Sequence record: SRR2962707_925
Length of the DNA stretch: 64,000 nucleotides
Reading direction: 5' to 3' (one strand)
A program made the position numbers and the translations under genes. The notes under the pieces were generated by a model that had not been told where the DNA came from, searched no databases, and was given only the letters and a program-made list of their open reading frames with translations. This document shows, piece by piece, positions 8,689-18,501 of this stretch (positions are counted from its first letter, which is position 1; each line of letters starts with the position of its first letter).

Positions 8689-9864
8689 TTGGCGATCACC
8701 GAGACTTTGCGCCCAAACCGAGTCATTCCAGTGCTTGGGGGAGTGGCCCTGGCACTGGTCTGGTTGCTGGACCTTGGTACTATCCAACCCAACCGTATTG
8801 TTCCGGGCACCGGCCATGGCCTGTTTTCGGCCGTGGGATGGACAGGGGCAGGGCTGGTTACGGGGATTCTGTTGGCGACCATTGTGCTGTCCACATTGCC
8901 GTTACGTCGTCGCTATGAGCTCCTGCTCGGTCTGATTGGGCTTTCACTGGCAACGATGCCGCTGTTGCTGGATATGTTTGCCGCCCTCCATCTGCCCGAG
9001 GGGTCGCCCTACGCCCGTTCGTCGGTCGGGGCAGGGTTCTGGTCTCTTCTGTTCCTGCTTTCGCTGATGTTGATTGAGACCCTTGGCCGGCTCGAAGCCC
9101 GGCGTTGGCTTCAACTGATACTGCTCGTGTTTATCGGTGGGAGCTGGATTGTCCTGCTGCGTGGCGAGGGCCTGGAAAGTCTGTCGCTGGTGCGGGAGTT
9201 CAACGCTCGCCCCGACAAGTTCCAGCAAGCGCTCTGGACGCACCTGGCCCTGGCATTGGGTGCGGTCACCATCAGTGCGGGCCTGGCGTTCGCCCTGGCG
9301 CTTAAAATGATCCGAAGCCCCGCCTGGCAGCGTCCTCTTCTGGGCGCCGTGAGTTTTCTGCAAACCATTCCAAGCCTTGCGGTATTTGGTTTGCTGATTG
9401 CGCCACTCAGTGCGCTCTCGTCAGCGCTCCCGTTTCTGCAGGATCTTGGCATCCGGGGGATTGGCTGGGCGCCAGCGCTACTGGCGTTGATCGCTTACAG
9501 TTTGCTGCCGATGGTGCGCAACACCTTTGTGGCTCTTACCGAAGTTCCCGAAAGCCTGGCCGATGCGGCGCGGGGTATGGGTATGAATGAACACCAGGTG
9601 TTTTATCAGCTCAAGCTGCCGTTGGCGCTGCCGGTGATGATTGAGGGTGTACGGATCACAACCATTCAGGCAATCGGCCTGACGGCGGTAGCCGCCCTCA
9701 TCGGCGCGGGTGGTTTCGGTGGTTTTATCTTTCAGGGGTTGGGGCAGGCGGCGATGGACCTGGTGTTGCTCGGTGCTTTGCCTACGATTGCGTTGGCGCT
9801 GCTTGCCGACGCGTTACTCACGATGTTGGCGGCCAGTCTCAAGCCGACACCGGCAACGGTCTGA
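8689..9864 (+). CDS. yehY: Osmoprotectant ABC transporter permease (YehY-like)
   Basis: LQTIPSLA, DAARGMGM (EAA loop), AALIGAGGFG; TTG start. Confidence 0.85.
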   Translation: MAITETLRPNRVIPVLGGVALALVWLLDLGTIQPNRIVPGTGHGLFSAVGWTGAGLVTGILLATIVLSTLPLRRRYELLLGLIGLSLATMPLLLDMFAALHLPEGSPYARSSVGAGFWSLLFLLSLMLIETLGRLEARRWLQLILLVFIGGSWIVLLRGEGLESLSLVREFNARPDKFQQALWTHLALALGAVTISAGLAFALALKMIRSPAWQRPLLGAVSFLQTIPSLAVFGLLIAPLSALSSALPFLQDLGIRGIGWAPALLALIAYSLLPMVRNTFVALTEVPESLADAARGMGMNEHQVFYQLKLPLALPVMIEGVRITTIQAIGLTAVAALIGAGGFGGFIFQGLGQAAMDLVLLGALPTIALALLADALLTMLAASLKPTPATV

Positions 9865-9884
9865 TAGGGGAAGGAACTGGTCGG

Positions 9885-10832
9885 ATGATCGAACTGAAGA
9901 ATGTCTCCCGGCGTTTCGGCGATACCGTCGCAGTGGATGGGGTTAACCTGACCATCGAAACGGGTGAAGTCTGCGTGCTGGTGGGCAGTTCCGGCTGCGG
10001 TAAATCGACCACGCTGCGCATGATCAACCGTCTTTTGCCCCACAGCGCTGGCGAGATATTGGTGGATGGTGAGGACATCACCACCATGAATCCGGAACAG
10101 CTGCGGCTGAACATGGGGTATGTGATCCAGGGTACGGGGTTGTTTCCTCACTGGACGGTGGCGCGCAACATCGCCATGGTGCCCAGGTTATTGAACTGGC
10201 CGAGGGAGCGGATCGACGCACGAGTCGACGAGTTGATGACCTTGTTGGATCTCGACCCCAGCGCCCACGCCAACAAATACCCCCAGCAATTGTCTGGCGG
10301 CCAAGCGCAACGGGTCGGTGTTGCGCGGGCATTGGCGGCGGACCCCAACATTCTGCTGATGGACGAACCTTTTGGTGCATTGGATGCCATAACGCGGGAA
10401 AACCTCCAACTGGAAATGCTGCGGATCCAGAAGCAGGTCCGTAAAACCACTGTTTTCGTGACCCACGATATTGATGAAGCACTGAAGCTGGCCACCCGCA
10501 TTGCCGTGATGGATCAGGGGCGCATCATCCAGCATGACACGCCGGAGAATATCCTCCGCCATCCAGCATCGGACTTTGTTGAAAACCTGATTGGCAAGCA
10601 GGACCGCGGTCTGAAACTGATGAGCCTGCGGCCTGTGCGGGACCTGATGGCCAATCACACCGAGCCGCGGCAGTCGGAACCCGGGGAGCATGTGCTCAGG
10701 GAGGAGGACAGTATTCGCCTGGCTCTGTCCGTGATGCTCTGGCAGGACCTGCGGCAGGTCGCGGTGTTCAATGCGCAGGGGCAGGAGACAGGTGTGATTA
10801 CCCGTGAACGCATTATCCAGGAAGGCGTGTAA
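9885..10832 (+). CDS. yehX: Osmoprotectant ABC transporter ATP-binding protein (YehX-like)
   Basis: Walker A GSSGCGKST, LSGGQ signature, LMDEPFGALD, VTHD. Confidence 0.9.
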   Translation: MIELKNVSRRFGDTVAVDGVNLTIETGEVCVLVGSSGCGKSTTLRMINRLLPHSAGEILVDGEDITTMNPEQLRLNMGYVIQGTGLFPHWTVARNIAMVPRLLNWPRERIDARVDELMTLLDLDPSAHANKYPQQLSGGQAQRVGVARALAADPNILLMDEPFGALDAITRENLQLEMLRIQKQVRKTTVFVTHDIDEALKLATRIAVMDQGRIIQHDTPENILRHPASDFVENLIGKQDRGLKLMSLRPVRDLMANHTEPRQSEPGEHVLREEDSIRLALSVMLWQDLRQVAVFNAQGQETGVITRERIIQEGV

Positions 10833-11572
10833 TGCGTGTCTGGTTACCTGCCACTCTTTTGGCCTCACTGCTGCTCGTGCTGAGTGCCGGCATGCCGGTG
10901 CTGGAGCCATTGTTTAACTGGGTGCAGCCGGGCAAGCAGCAGGTGATCTATGAACGGGAGAGCTTTTTATTCCTGCTTCAGAATCACCTGATGCTGGTCG
11001 TCGTATCGGCGGCCGTGGGTACTCTCGTTGCGGTGGCTGGCGGCATCTTTGTCACCCGTCCTTTTGGCCGCGATTTCCTGCCCTTGGTTGGGCAAGTGGC
11101 CTCCATTGGCCAGACCTTTCCGCCGGTGGCTGTACTTGCGTTGGCGGTACCAGTGCTTGGTTTCGGCGAGGCTCCGATTCTTCTTGCGTTGGTCCTTTAT
11201 GGCTTGCTGCCCATTCTGCGCAATACCCTGGCGGGGCTGGAAGGTATCAATCCGGCTGTACGGGAGGCAGCACTGGGTATGGGCATGTCGCCAGTGCAGG
11301 TCCTTGTGCGAGTAGAACTGCCCCTGGCCGGAAGGGTCATTCTCGCGGGTATTCGAACCTCTGTTACTATCAATATCGCGACCGCCGCTATCGGCTCAAC
11401 CATTGGAGCCCGCACCCTGGGCGATCCGGTGATCGCCGGGCTGGTGAACGGCAATACCGCGTATGTGCTGCAAGGGGCGATTCTGATCGGGTTGCTTGCG
11501 CTGACAACGGATAGCCTGTTTGAAGCACTTGAACGATCCTGGGATCGTCGATTGCAATCCGTAGGAGTCTAG
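10832..11572 (+). CDS. yehW: Osmoprotectant ABC transporter permease (YehW-like)
   Basis: GQTFPPVAVLA, EAALGMGM, GIRTSVTINI motifs. Confidence 0.87.
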   Translation: MRVWLPATLLASLLLVLSAGMPVLEPLFNWVQPGKQQVIYERESFLFLLQNHLMLVVVSAAVGTLVAVAGGIFVTRPFGRDFLPLVGQVASIGQTFPPVAVLALAVPVLGFGEAPILLALVLYGLLPILRNTLAGLEGINPAVREAALGMGMSPVQVLVRVELPLAGRVILAGIRTSVTINIATAAIGSTIGARTLGDPVIAGLVNGNTAYVLQGAILIGLLALTTDSLFEALERSWDRRLQSVGV

Positions 11573-12184
11573 ATGGGTAGTTATCTGCTGTTTGTTGTTA
11601 TCGCTATAGCGACTGTCCTCAGCCCGGGGCCAGGCGTTATGTTGACACTGACCAACGCCATTCGGTTCGGTGTGTCCGGTGCCTTCGGCGGAATTCTGGG
11701 GATTGCCTTTGGTACGTTCATTGTTGCGGGTATTTCAGCCACAAGCCTGGGCATTGTACTGGCGACGTCGGCGACGGCATTTAGCATCATGAAGTTTATT
11801 GGTGCCGCCTACCTGATTTATCTGGGGGTAAAACTGTGGCGGTCTCCTGTTACGGAAATGGAGGAAGCGACGGCGGCAGCTCGGAGCAGGAAACTCCAGT
11901 TTCTTGAGGGGCTGACATTGCAACTCACAAACCCGAAAGCCGTATTCTTCTTCCTGTCTGTTTTTCCTCAATTTATTGATTACTCGACTGAATTTGTCGG
12001 CCAGTTTGCCCTTTTGGTCGTCACTTACAGCGCCCTGGTTGTCGCCATCCACTTGCTGTATGCACGCCTCGCCAGATCAGCCCGTGGCTGGCTTTCATCT
12101 GAAAAAGGGGGGCACTTGGTCAATAAACTGGGTGGGGCGACGTTTGTTGGTTTTGGGGTGGGGCTGGCAACGGCGAGCAGGTAG
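11573..12184 (+). CDS. LysE/RhtB family translocator
   Basis: SPGPG, GAAYLIYLG, LTNPKA motifs. Confidence 0.9.
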   Translation: MGSYLLFVVIAIATVLSPGPGVMLTLTNAIRFGVSGAFGGILGIAFGTFIVAGISATSLGIVLATSATAFSIMKFIGAAYLIYLGVKLWRSPVTEMEEATAAARSRKLQFLEGLTLQLTNPKAVFFFLSVFPQFIDYSTEFVGQFALLVVTYSALVVAIHLLYARLARSARGWLSSEKGGHLVNKLGGATFVGFGVGLATASR

Positions 12185-12337
12185 CGGCGAGTCACTTCCA
12201 GCGCTTATAGGGGTGATTCAGTCGTCGGAAACTGCTCCATTGTCTGTGGTGTAGACATCGGTTAGATTCCCCAAACATGTCGGCGATAAAGTCAAAGAAA
12301 GTGGTAATGCCTAGTGCATGTCGAGGGGAGGAAAAGC

Positions 12338-12904
12338 ATGGAGCAAAGTGAAACAAACTCTCAGTTCAACGCGGAATTACTTTGTCCGGCCAAGCCCGGC
12401 GAAGGCGCTCCCTGGGCCTTTATTGTTCTGCCCCGGGAGGCAAGCAAAAAGCTTCCCAGGCGGGGAAGAACAACGGTAGAGGCCAGCCTCAACGGTCATC
12501 ATTTTCAGGTAACGCTCGAGCCCGATGGTCAATTGAGCCATTGGCTAAAGGTGAGCAAGGAACATCTCGAAGCTGCAGGTGTGAGCGTCGGTGATGTTGT
12601 TGATTTGGGCATCAGGCCGGTGGACCAGGAACCTGAACCAGAAGTTCCCTCGGACCTGCAAGAGGCGTTGGAAGCGGCCCCCGAGGCTCGGGTGGTTTGG
12701 AATGAGACAACCACCATCGCGCGTCTGGACTGGATTCATTGGATTGTCTCAGCCAAGCAGGCAAAAACCCGGACGAAGCGAATTAGCGATGCGTGCGACA
12801 TGCTGGCCTCGGGAAAGCGGCGCGTTTGCTGCTTTGATCCTTCAGGGTATTACAGCAAAGCACTCAGTGCGCCCAAGGCGGCGGACACACAGGAGATTGG
12901 ATGA
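12338..12904 (+). CDS. YdeI/OmpD-associated family protein (DUF1905 + OmdA domain)
   Basis: PDGQLSHWL N-terminal domain; VPSDLQEAL...WIHWIVSAKQAKTR.KRI C-terminal domain; GGAGG RBS before ATG 12338. Confidence 0.8.
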   Translation: MEQSETNSQFNAELLCPAKPGEGAPWAFIVLPREASKKLPRRGRTTVEASLNGHHFQVTLEPDGQLSHWLKVSKEHLEAAGVSVGDVVDLGIRPVDQEPEPEVPSDLQEALEAAPEARVVWNETTTIARLDWIHWIVSAKQAKTRTKRISDACDMLASGKRRVCCFDPSGYYSKALSAPKAADTQEIG

Positions 12905-14289
12905 GCAAGCCCGTTGTATCAAGCCCCCTGCGGCGAGCTTTCCCGCTTGTCGCAATCCTTTTGCTCACCGCCTGCGATGCGCCACAACTTCTTCCGCCTG
13001 ACGCCCGCCTTCCGGACGGCAGTACCTATTCCGGTGATATTCAGGATGGTTACTTTCACGGTGAAGGCGTTCAGGAATTTGCCAGTGGCATGGTCTACAC
13101 CGGCCAGTTCCAGGAGGGCTACTGGCACGGCCATGGTGAGCTCGAATCTCCGGCGGGTTGGCATTACGAGGGCGAGTTCCAGAAAGGGACGATGTCGGGA
13201 CAGGGCGTAATCGAAGACGACGGCAGTCGCTACGAGGGGGAATTCCGGAACGGTGAGTTTCACGGTGAGGGGCGTTACGAAGCCGGTGGCAGTGTCTATA
13301 TCGCTGAGTTTGAAGATGGCGAGCCCGTGGAGGGAAAACACGTTACGGATTACGGCACCTACGAAGGGGAGTTCCGTGACTGGTATTACCACGGGGAAGG
13401 CAGCTACGCCTTTACCGGCGAATCGGAGGATCTGGGTAGCCTCACAGGAACCTGGGAGTTTGGTGAGTTCGTCGACCAGGAAGAGTACGTCGCGGAAGCA
13501 CCTGTCCCGGAAGAACCAGCGCTTTTGACTGAGACTGTTCTCGTCGAAGACCGTCGGCGCCTGAGCAACCAGATCGAGAGTCTCGCCCCGGAACAGGCGG
13601 GGGCGGCAGACGCCTACTTCCTGGCCGTGGGTGGCGACGGTACCGAGTCGGTGTTCATGCGCGATATCCAGGTTGCCAAAACTGGCCTTCAGGCGCAGTT
13701 CGATGTGGAAAACCGCATCATCATGCTGCTCAATCACCGGGACTATGAAACGTTTCCTCTGGCTACCCGGCCATCCATTGCCTCAGCTCTGGAGGCATTG
13801 GATGCGCAGATGAACCCGAAGGAAGACCTGCTCGTGGTTCACTTGGTCAGCCACGGTATGCAAAACGGACAACTGCTGTTGCAGCAACCCGGTATCGAGT
13901 TGCCGAACCTCTCGCCGCAGGATTTTGCGGAAATGCTGGAACCACTGAACGTGCGCCGAAAACTGCTAGTGATTTCCGCATGCTACTCCGGCCAGTGGAT
14001 AGAGCCACTCAAGGACGAAGACACACTGATCATGACCTCCGCCCGGTCAGACCGTACCTCTTTCGGCTGTGGTGATGACTCGGAGATGACCTGGTTCACC
14101 AAGGCGGTTTATCAGAGTGTGGGGCTGTCATTGGCCGACCCTGATGCCATGTTCGAGAACATCAACCAGCAGATCCGAACCTGGGAAGAAGAGATTGGTA
14201 TGGAAGAATCGAATTGGTCCTATCCCCAGTCGCACGTCGGTGAGAACCTGCGTAAGTGGTTGAGCCAGATGTCTCAAACTACGCCATAG
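12901..14289 (+). CDS. MORN-repeat C13 (legumain/caspase-fold) peptidase lipoprotein
   Basis: Lipobox LLTAC; repeated Y.G.F..G..HG.G MORN units; catalytic SHG and SACYSG; RTSFGC. Confidence 0.87.
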   Translation: MSKPVVSSPLRRAFPLVAILLLTACDAPQLLPPDARLPDGSTYSGDIQDGYFHGEGVQEFASGMVYTGQFQEGYWHGHGELESPAGWHYEGEFQKGTMSGQGVIEDDGSRYEGEFRNGEFHGEGRYEAGGSVYIAEFEDGEPVEGKHVTDYGTYEGEFRDWYYHGEGSYAFTGESEDLGSLTGTWEFGEFVDQEEYVAEAPVPEEPALLTETVLVEDRRRLSNQIESLAPEQAGAADAYFLAVGGDGTESVFMRDIQVAKTGLQAQFDVENRIIMLLNHRDYETFPLATRPSIASALEALDAQMNPKEDLLVVHLVSHGMQNGQLLLQQPGIELPNLSPQDFAEMLEPLNVRRKLLVISACYSGQWIEPLKDEDTLIMTSARSDRTSFGCGDDSEMTWFTKAVYQSVGLSLADPDAMFENINQQIRTWEEEIGMEESNWSYPQSHVGENLRKWLSQMSQTTP

Positions 14290-14317
14290 AAAGCTAAAAC
14301 ACCGTGATGAGCTCGCG

Positions 14318-15538
14318 ATGGACCCGATGATCACAGCCGCTGGCCGAGCGCTTGCGATGGGCGACCCGTTGGCCGCGCTGAACTGCGTTGCCTTGCGCGA
14401 CGACGCGCAGTCGCTTGCGCTGCGTGGCATCGCCATGGCTCAGCTCGGAGAACTGGACCGGGCCAGGGTGTTGATAGGCAACGCTACCCGTGCTTTTGGT
14501 TCGCGGGAACCGTTGGCACGTGCAAAGTGCATTGTGGCCGAGGCGGAAATTGCGCTTGCTTCCCGTGATCTCGGCTGGCCATCCCGCAAGCTTGACGCAG
14601 CGCGCGAGGTGCTGGAACAGCATGGCGACCGGGTGAATGCAACGCATGCGCGCTATATCGATATCCGGCGCCGGCTGCTGATCGGTCGACTCGATGAAGC
14701 TGAGCTCGAACTGGGGGTTATGGACGTAGCCTCGTTGCCGCCGGCGTTGAGAGCCATCCATGAACTTATTGTTGCCGGGATCGCTATGCGGCGCCTGGAA
14801 ACCCAGGTGGCACGCGATGCGCTCCTGCAGGCCGAACGCGCCTCACAGCACGCCGGTATTCCGGCTCTTGTGGCTGAAGTCGCCAGTAAAGTTGAACTTC
14901 TGGGCTTGCCCGCCGCTCGCCTGACCAGGATGGGGAGTGAGCGGTTGCTGCTTCTAAATGAAGTAGAAGCGTTAATGGCGTCCCAGGCGTTTGTGGTCGA
15001 CGGATGCCGTTTTACCGTGAAGCACAAGGAAGCTGTTGTGTCACTCGCGACGCGCCCTTTGCTGTTTGTGTTGCTTCGCATCATGGCTGAAGCCTGGCCC
15101 AAAGAAGCATCCAGAGACGAGCTGATTGCACGGGCGTTTCGCATGAAACAGGCTGATGATTCCCATCGTGCGCGTCTGCGGGTGGAGATCGGGCGCCTTC
15201 GTGAGTTATTGAAGCCGTTGGCAACCGTGGATGCCACCTCACGGGGTTTTGCACTGGTGCCCCATGAGGCGTGCGAGGTGGCCGTCCTGGCACAGCCAGT
15301 GGAGGAAAAGTACGCGCCTATACTGGCACTGCTTTCCGATGGTGAGTCCTGGTCGAGTTCCGCCTTGGCTCTGGCGTTGAATATCGGCCAGCGCAGCGTG
15401 CAGCGGGCACTCGATACGTTAGCGACAGAAGGCAAGGTTTATTCGTTTGGCCGGGGCCGCAACCGCCGCTGGACAACGCCACCCATTGCCGGATTCGCGA
15501 CAATCTTGTTACTCCCTGGTTCACTGGCCCTTGGCTAA
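14318..15538 (+). CDS. Helical-repeat protein with winged-helix and C-terminal HTH (putative transcription factor)
   Basis: Ala/Leu-rich TPR-like N-terminus; SRDELIARAF...LRVEIGRLR (OmpR-like wHTH); SSSALALALNIGQRSVQRAL (HTH). Confidence 0.75.
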   Translation: MDPMITAAGRALAMGDPLAALNCVALRDDAQSLALRGIAMAQLGELDRARVLIGNATRAFGSREPLARAKCIVAEAEIALASRDLGWPSRKLDAAREVLEQHGDRVNATHARYIDIRRRLLIGRLDEAELELGVMDVASLPPALRAIHELIVAGIAMRRLETQVARDALLQAERASQHAGIPALVAEVASKVELLGLPAARLTRMGSERLLLLNEVEALMASQAFVVDGCRFTVKHKEAVVSLATRPLLFVLLRIMAEAWPKEASRDELIARAFRMKQADDSHRARLRVEIGRLRELLKPLATVDATSRGFALVPHEACEVAVLAQPVEEKYAPILALLSDGESWSSSALALALNIGQRSVQRALDTLATEGKVYSFGRGRNRRWTTPPIAGFATILLLPGSLALG

Positions 15539-15567
15539 TATGGGGACGTGATTCAGTCAACCAGGAG

Positions 15568-16200
15568 ATGACCATGAAACAGTTTAGTGCAGAGATTCTC
15601 AACGAGTACGGCCCCTTCCACGGAGCTGAGCAGATCCATGGGGTTACATTCGATGGGCAGCGCGTCTGGTTTGCGTCCGGTGACAAACTGAATGCAATCG
15701 ATCCGGATAGCGGCAAGCCGGTCGATTCCCTTAGTGTGCCCGCACAAGCCGGGACCGCTTTTGACGGACACCATATTTTCCAGATTGCGGACAGCCAGAT
15801 TCAAAAGGTTGATCCAAAAACCGGCGAGGTACTTGGAACCATCCCTGCGCCAGACGGCTGCTCGGGGCTGGCATGGGCGGAAGGTTCTCTCTGGGTGGGG
15901 CAGTATCAGGCGTGCAAGATTCATCAGCTGGACCCGCAAACAGGGAAGGTTCTTCGTAGCATCGAATCCAACCGACATGTGACCGGTGTTACCTGGATCG
16001 ACAGCGAACTTTGGCACGCCACCTGGGACGGTGACGACAATGAGATCAGGCAGATCGACCCCCAGACCGGGGACGTTCTGAAAAGCATTGCAATGCCGTC
16101 CGGCGTTGGCATATCGGGGCTTGAGGCCGATGGCCGTAGTCGCTTCTTCTGCGGAGGTGGCCAGAGTGGGAAGTTGAGGGTTGTTCGTCGTCCGGATTAG
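15568..16200 (+). CDS. Beta-propeller protein (glutamine cyclotransferase/PQQ-like repeats)
   Basis: Repeated ~40-aa units G.(T/A)(F/W)DG..(L/V)W...I..(I/V/L)DP.TG.V; AGGAG RBS; no signal peptide. Confidence 0.78.
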   Translation: MTMKQFSAEILNEYGPFHGAEQIHGVTFDGQRVWFASGDKLNAIDPDSGKPVDSLSVPAQAGTAFDGHHIFQIADSQIQKVDPKTGEVLGTIPAPDGCSGLAWAEGSLWVGQYQACKIHQLDPQTGKVLRSIESNRHVTGVTWIDSELWHATWDGDDNEIRQIDPQTGDVLKSIAMPSGVGISGLEADGRSRFFCGGGQSGKLRVVRRPD

Positions 16201-16262
16201 CTGCCCAAACCATCCATGGACAGGTGGCTCAGTGGGGTTGTTGCAGGCGCATCCTACGCATC

Positions 16263-17507
16263 CTAGATGTCTCGTGATTCAAACTCTGTATTGCGCGGAT
16301 CAAGTTCCTCAACCCCCAATCCTGCTTCCGGAGTGACGGTGTAGTACTGCTCCTGCTGCTCCACAGTTGGGTGTTGGCGCTTCGGCCCCGCAACCATGAA
16401 CAGGATCAGCCCTCCCAGCATCAGGGCATTGCTGACGAAAAGGCCCCGCGGCCCCAGAAGGTCCATGAACAGGGAACTGACCAGCGGGCCGATGATGCTG
16501 CCAATGCCGTAACTCAGTAACAGTGCTGTGCTCGCTGCGGTGATCTGGTGGGTTTCCATCAGGTCATTGGTGATGGCCACAGCGATGGGGTAGATGGCAG
16601 CACTGATGCCCATGTACAACCCGACAAACAGCACCAGGGCCACCATGCTGATGTTGCCAATAATGGCCGCAGCCAGACTGCACACGGCAGCGACGATGGC
16701 GGCCACCAGCATGACCCGGTATCGGTCGAAGCGGTCGCACAGTTGCCCGATGGGCCAGGCCATCAGCATGGCAGCCACGATGGCCGAAGCCATGAAGTTG
16801 GAGAGCTGCCCGAGGTTCAGGCCAATCTGATTGGCGTACACTGGTCCCATGGCATAGAAGGCACTGATGAGCAGCCCGGCGATCAGTGCGCCGAGCGTGC
16901 CCGTTGGTGACTTGTTATAGAGTTTACGTAATGACAGGCGTTCACCCTGCGAAACCGACGGTGACTCCCGGCGGGTCATTGTCAGGGGGGTGAGGGCGAG
17001 CACCACCAGGATGGTGGCCAGGGAAAAGGGAATAAAGCCCGCCGGGTCGGCGACGCGTATCAATACCTGACCCCCGGCAGTGGATAGGAAGAAGATGACC
17101 TGGTAAATGGCAAACAGGCTGGCCCGGTTACGGTTGTCGGCCTTGCTGCTGAACCAGCTTTCCATCACGATCATCAGGCCGGCCATTACGAAGCCGCCCA
17201 CGGCCCGCAGGCCACCCCAGAGTCCGGCCTGGACGGCCATTGGATAAATCAGAATCGAGGCAGAAAGCACCGCGGCGAAAACCGCGAACGCGCGGATGTG
17301 TCCCACCTTTTCAATGATGCGCCCGGCATAGAGCGTGCCGGCCACAAAGCCGATGGAGTAGAACGCCAGGATCCACCCGATCACACTGGCGCTGAAGTCT
17401 TCGATGCTGAGCCTGAGCCCCAGCAGGGTCATGAGGAAAGCGTTACCCGCGATGAGCAGAATGATGCTCAGGATCAGTGACGTCAGGCTGATGATGGTTT
17501 GCCGCAT
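16263..17507 (-). CDS. MFS transporter (YcaD-like)
   Basis: 12 TM pattern, VGHIRAFA, ESW, DRFDR motifs. Confidence 0.88.
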   Translation of the reverse strand: MRQTIISLTSLILSIILLIAGNAFLMTLLGLRLSIEDFSASVIGWILAFYSIGFVAGTLYAGRIIEKVGHIRAFAVFAAVLSASILIYPMAVQAGLWGGLRAVGGFVMAGLMIVMESWFSSKADNRNRASLFAIYQVIFFLSTAGGQVLIRVADPAGFIPFSLATILVVLALTPLTMTRRESPSVSQGERLSLRKLYNKSPTGTLGALIAGLLISAFYAMGPVYANQIGLNLGQLSNFMASAIVAAMLMAWPIGQLCDRFDRYRVMLVAAIVAAVCSLAAAIIGNISMVALVLFVGLYMGISAAIYPIAVAITNDLMETHQITAASTALLLSYGIGSIIGPLVSSLFMDLLGPRGLFVSNALMLGGLILFMVAGPKRQHPTVEQQEQYYTVTPEAGLGVEELDPRNTEFESRDI

Positions 17508-17681
17508 CAATCGTCGGTCCCCGCTTGTCCGCTAGTCTGGATGTCCGTATAAGTTTGTGGGGTTGTGCGGAAATACTGTAGTGATGGTCTCGCTTGAATT
17601 AAAGGGGCCCATCCGATCCGTCTGTGGTGTGAATTCGTGCGCTGTTGAGAACAGCGCTTCAGAGGTGAGGTAGAAAGTTCA

Positions 17682-17909
17682 TTGACGCCGGAACAAATCG
17701 ATACCCTGCTGGAAACCATCCCCGACGCCCGTGACGGTCTCACCCGCACGGAGCGGATCATTCTCTATGTGTTACACGAAACCCAGCATGAGTTAAAAGG
17801 TCGTAACGTGCCAACGGTTATGCTCTATGGCCGGGTGGTGGAATACGTCAACATCAGCGAAGCGGAGCTCCATGTCTATCTGGACAGGTTGGGTGTGAGG
17901 GGCGGCTGA
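17682..17909 (+). CDS. Small protein resembling the GyrA/ParC N-terminal winged-helix segment
   Basis: IPDARDGL..ERIILY mirrors GyrA [14 protein letters not shown]; TTG start with a GAGG RBS. Confidence 0.7.
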   Translation: MTPEQIDTLLETIPDARDGLTRTERIILYVLHETQHELKGRNVPTVMLYGRVVEYVNISEAELHVYLDRLGVRGG

Positions 17910-18012
17910 GTTGCCCCAGGTCATTGATTTTCGCCGTTCATTATTTGCGCAAACGCTAATCCACTGTTAGGTTTCTAGTCAGGGCTTCATCCTGAATTCA
18001 TAGGGAGAGCGC

Positions 18013-18429
18013 ATGGCAGACACCGTCACTGACTTGCTGGTCCGCTACTGGGCCACCGGCTTCTTCATCGTTGCCACATTGGGCCTTTGTGCCTTTATGG
18101 TGGGTGCCTCCAGCTTGCTTGGAGGGCGTAGCCGGGGTGTCAGCAAATCCCTCCCTTTCGAGTCCGGCATCGTCGGCACCGGTGATGCCAGACAACGCTT
18201 TTCCGTCAAGTTTTATCTGGTCGCGATGCTGTTCGTGATCTTCGATATCGAAGCCGTGTTCCTGTTTGCCTGGGCCATTGTCATTCCCGACGTGGGCTGG
18301 ACAGGATTCTGGGGCGCGGCGGTTTTTATCCTGATTCTGCTGGCCGGTCTGCTCTATGACAGTCGTACCGGTGCCCTGGACTGGGCCCCGGAATCATCCA
18401 GCGGTAGACCTCGTAGTCCGGCAGGCTGA
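18013..18429 (+). CDS. nuoA: NADH-quinone oxidoreductase subunit A
   Basis: [25 protein letters not shown]. Confidence 0.95.
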   Translation: MADTVTDLLVRYWATGFFIVATLGLCAFMVGASSLLGGRSRGVSKSLPFESGIVGTGDARQRFSVKFYLVAMLFVIFDIEAVFLFAWAIVIPDVGWTGFWGAAVFILILLAGLLYDSRTGALDWAPESSSGRPRSPAG

Positions 18430-18501
18430 TTCAACGCACCCGATTACGGCGCGGGCCAACGGTGATTTCGCTGTTGGGACCAGCGCCCATGGAGGCGCAG
18501 C

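Noticed and set aside
13010-13470. Periodic DNA (tacgagggcgagttc-like units) as a CRISPR or tandem repeat
   Set aside because: The units are degenerate and in frame; they are explained by MORN protein repeats.
17682-17909. gyrA/parC pseudogene interpretation
   Set aside because: I see no further topoisomerase similarity in the flanks, and the ORF has its own RBS and stop; kept as a stand-alone gene, pending a homology search.
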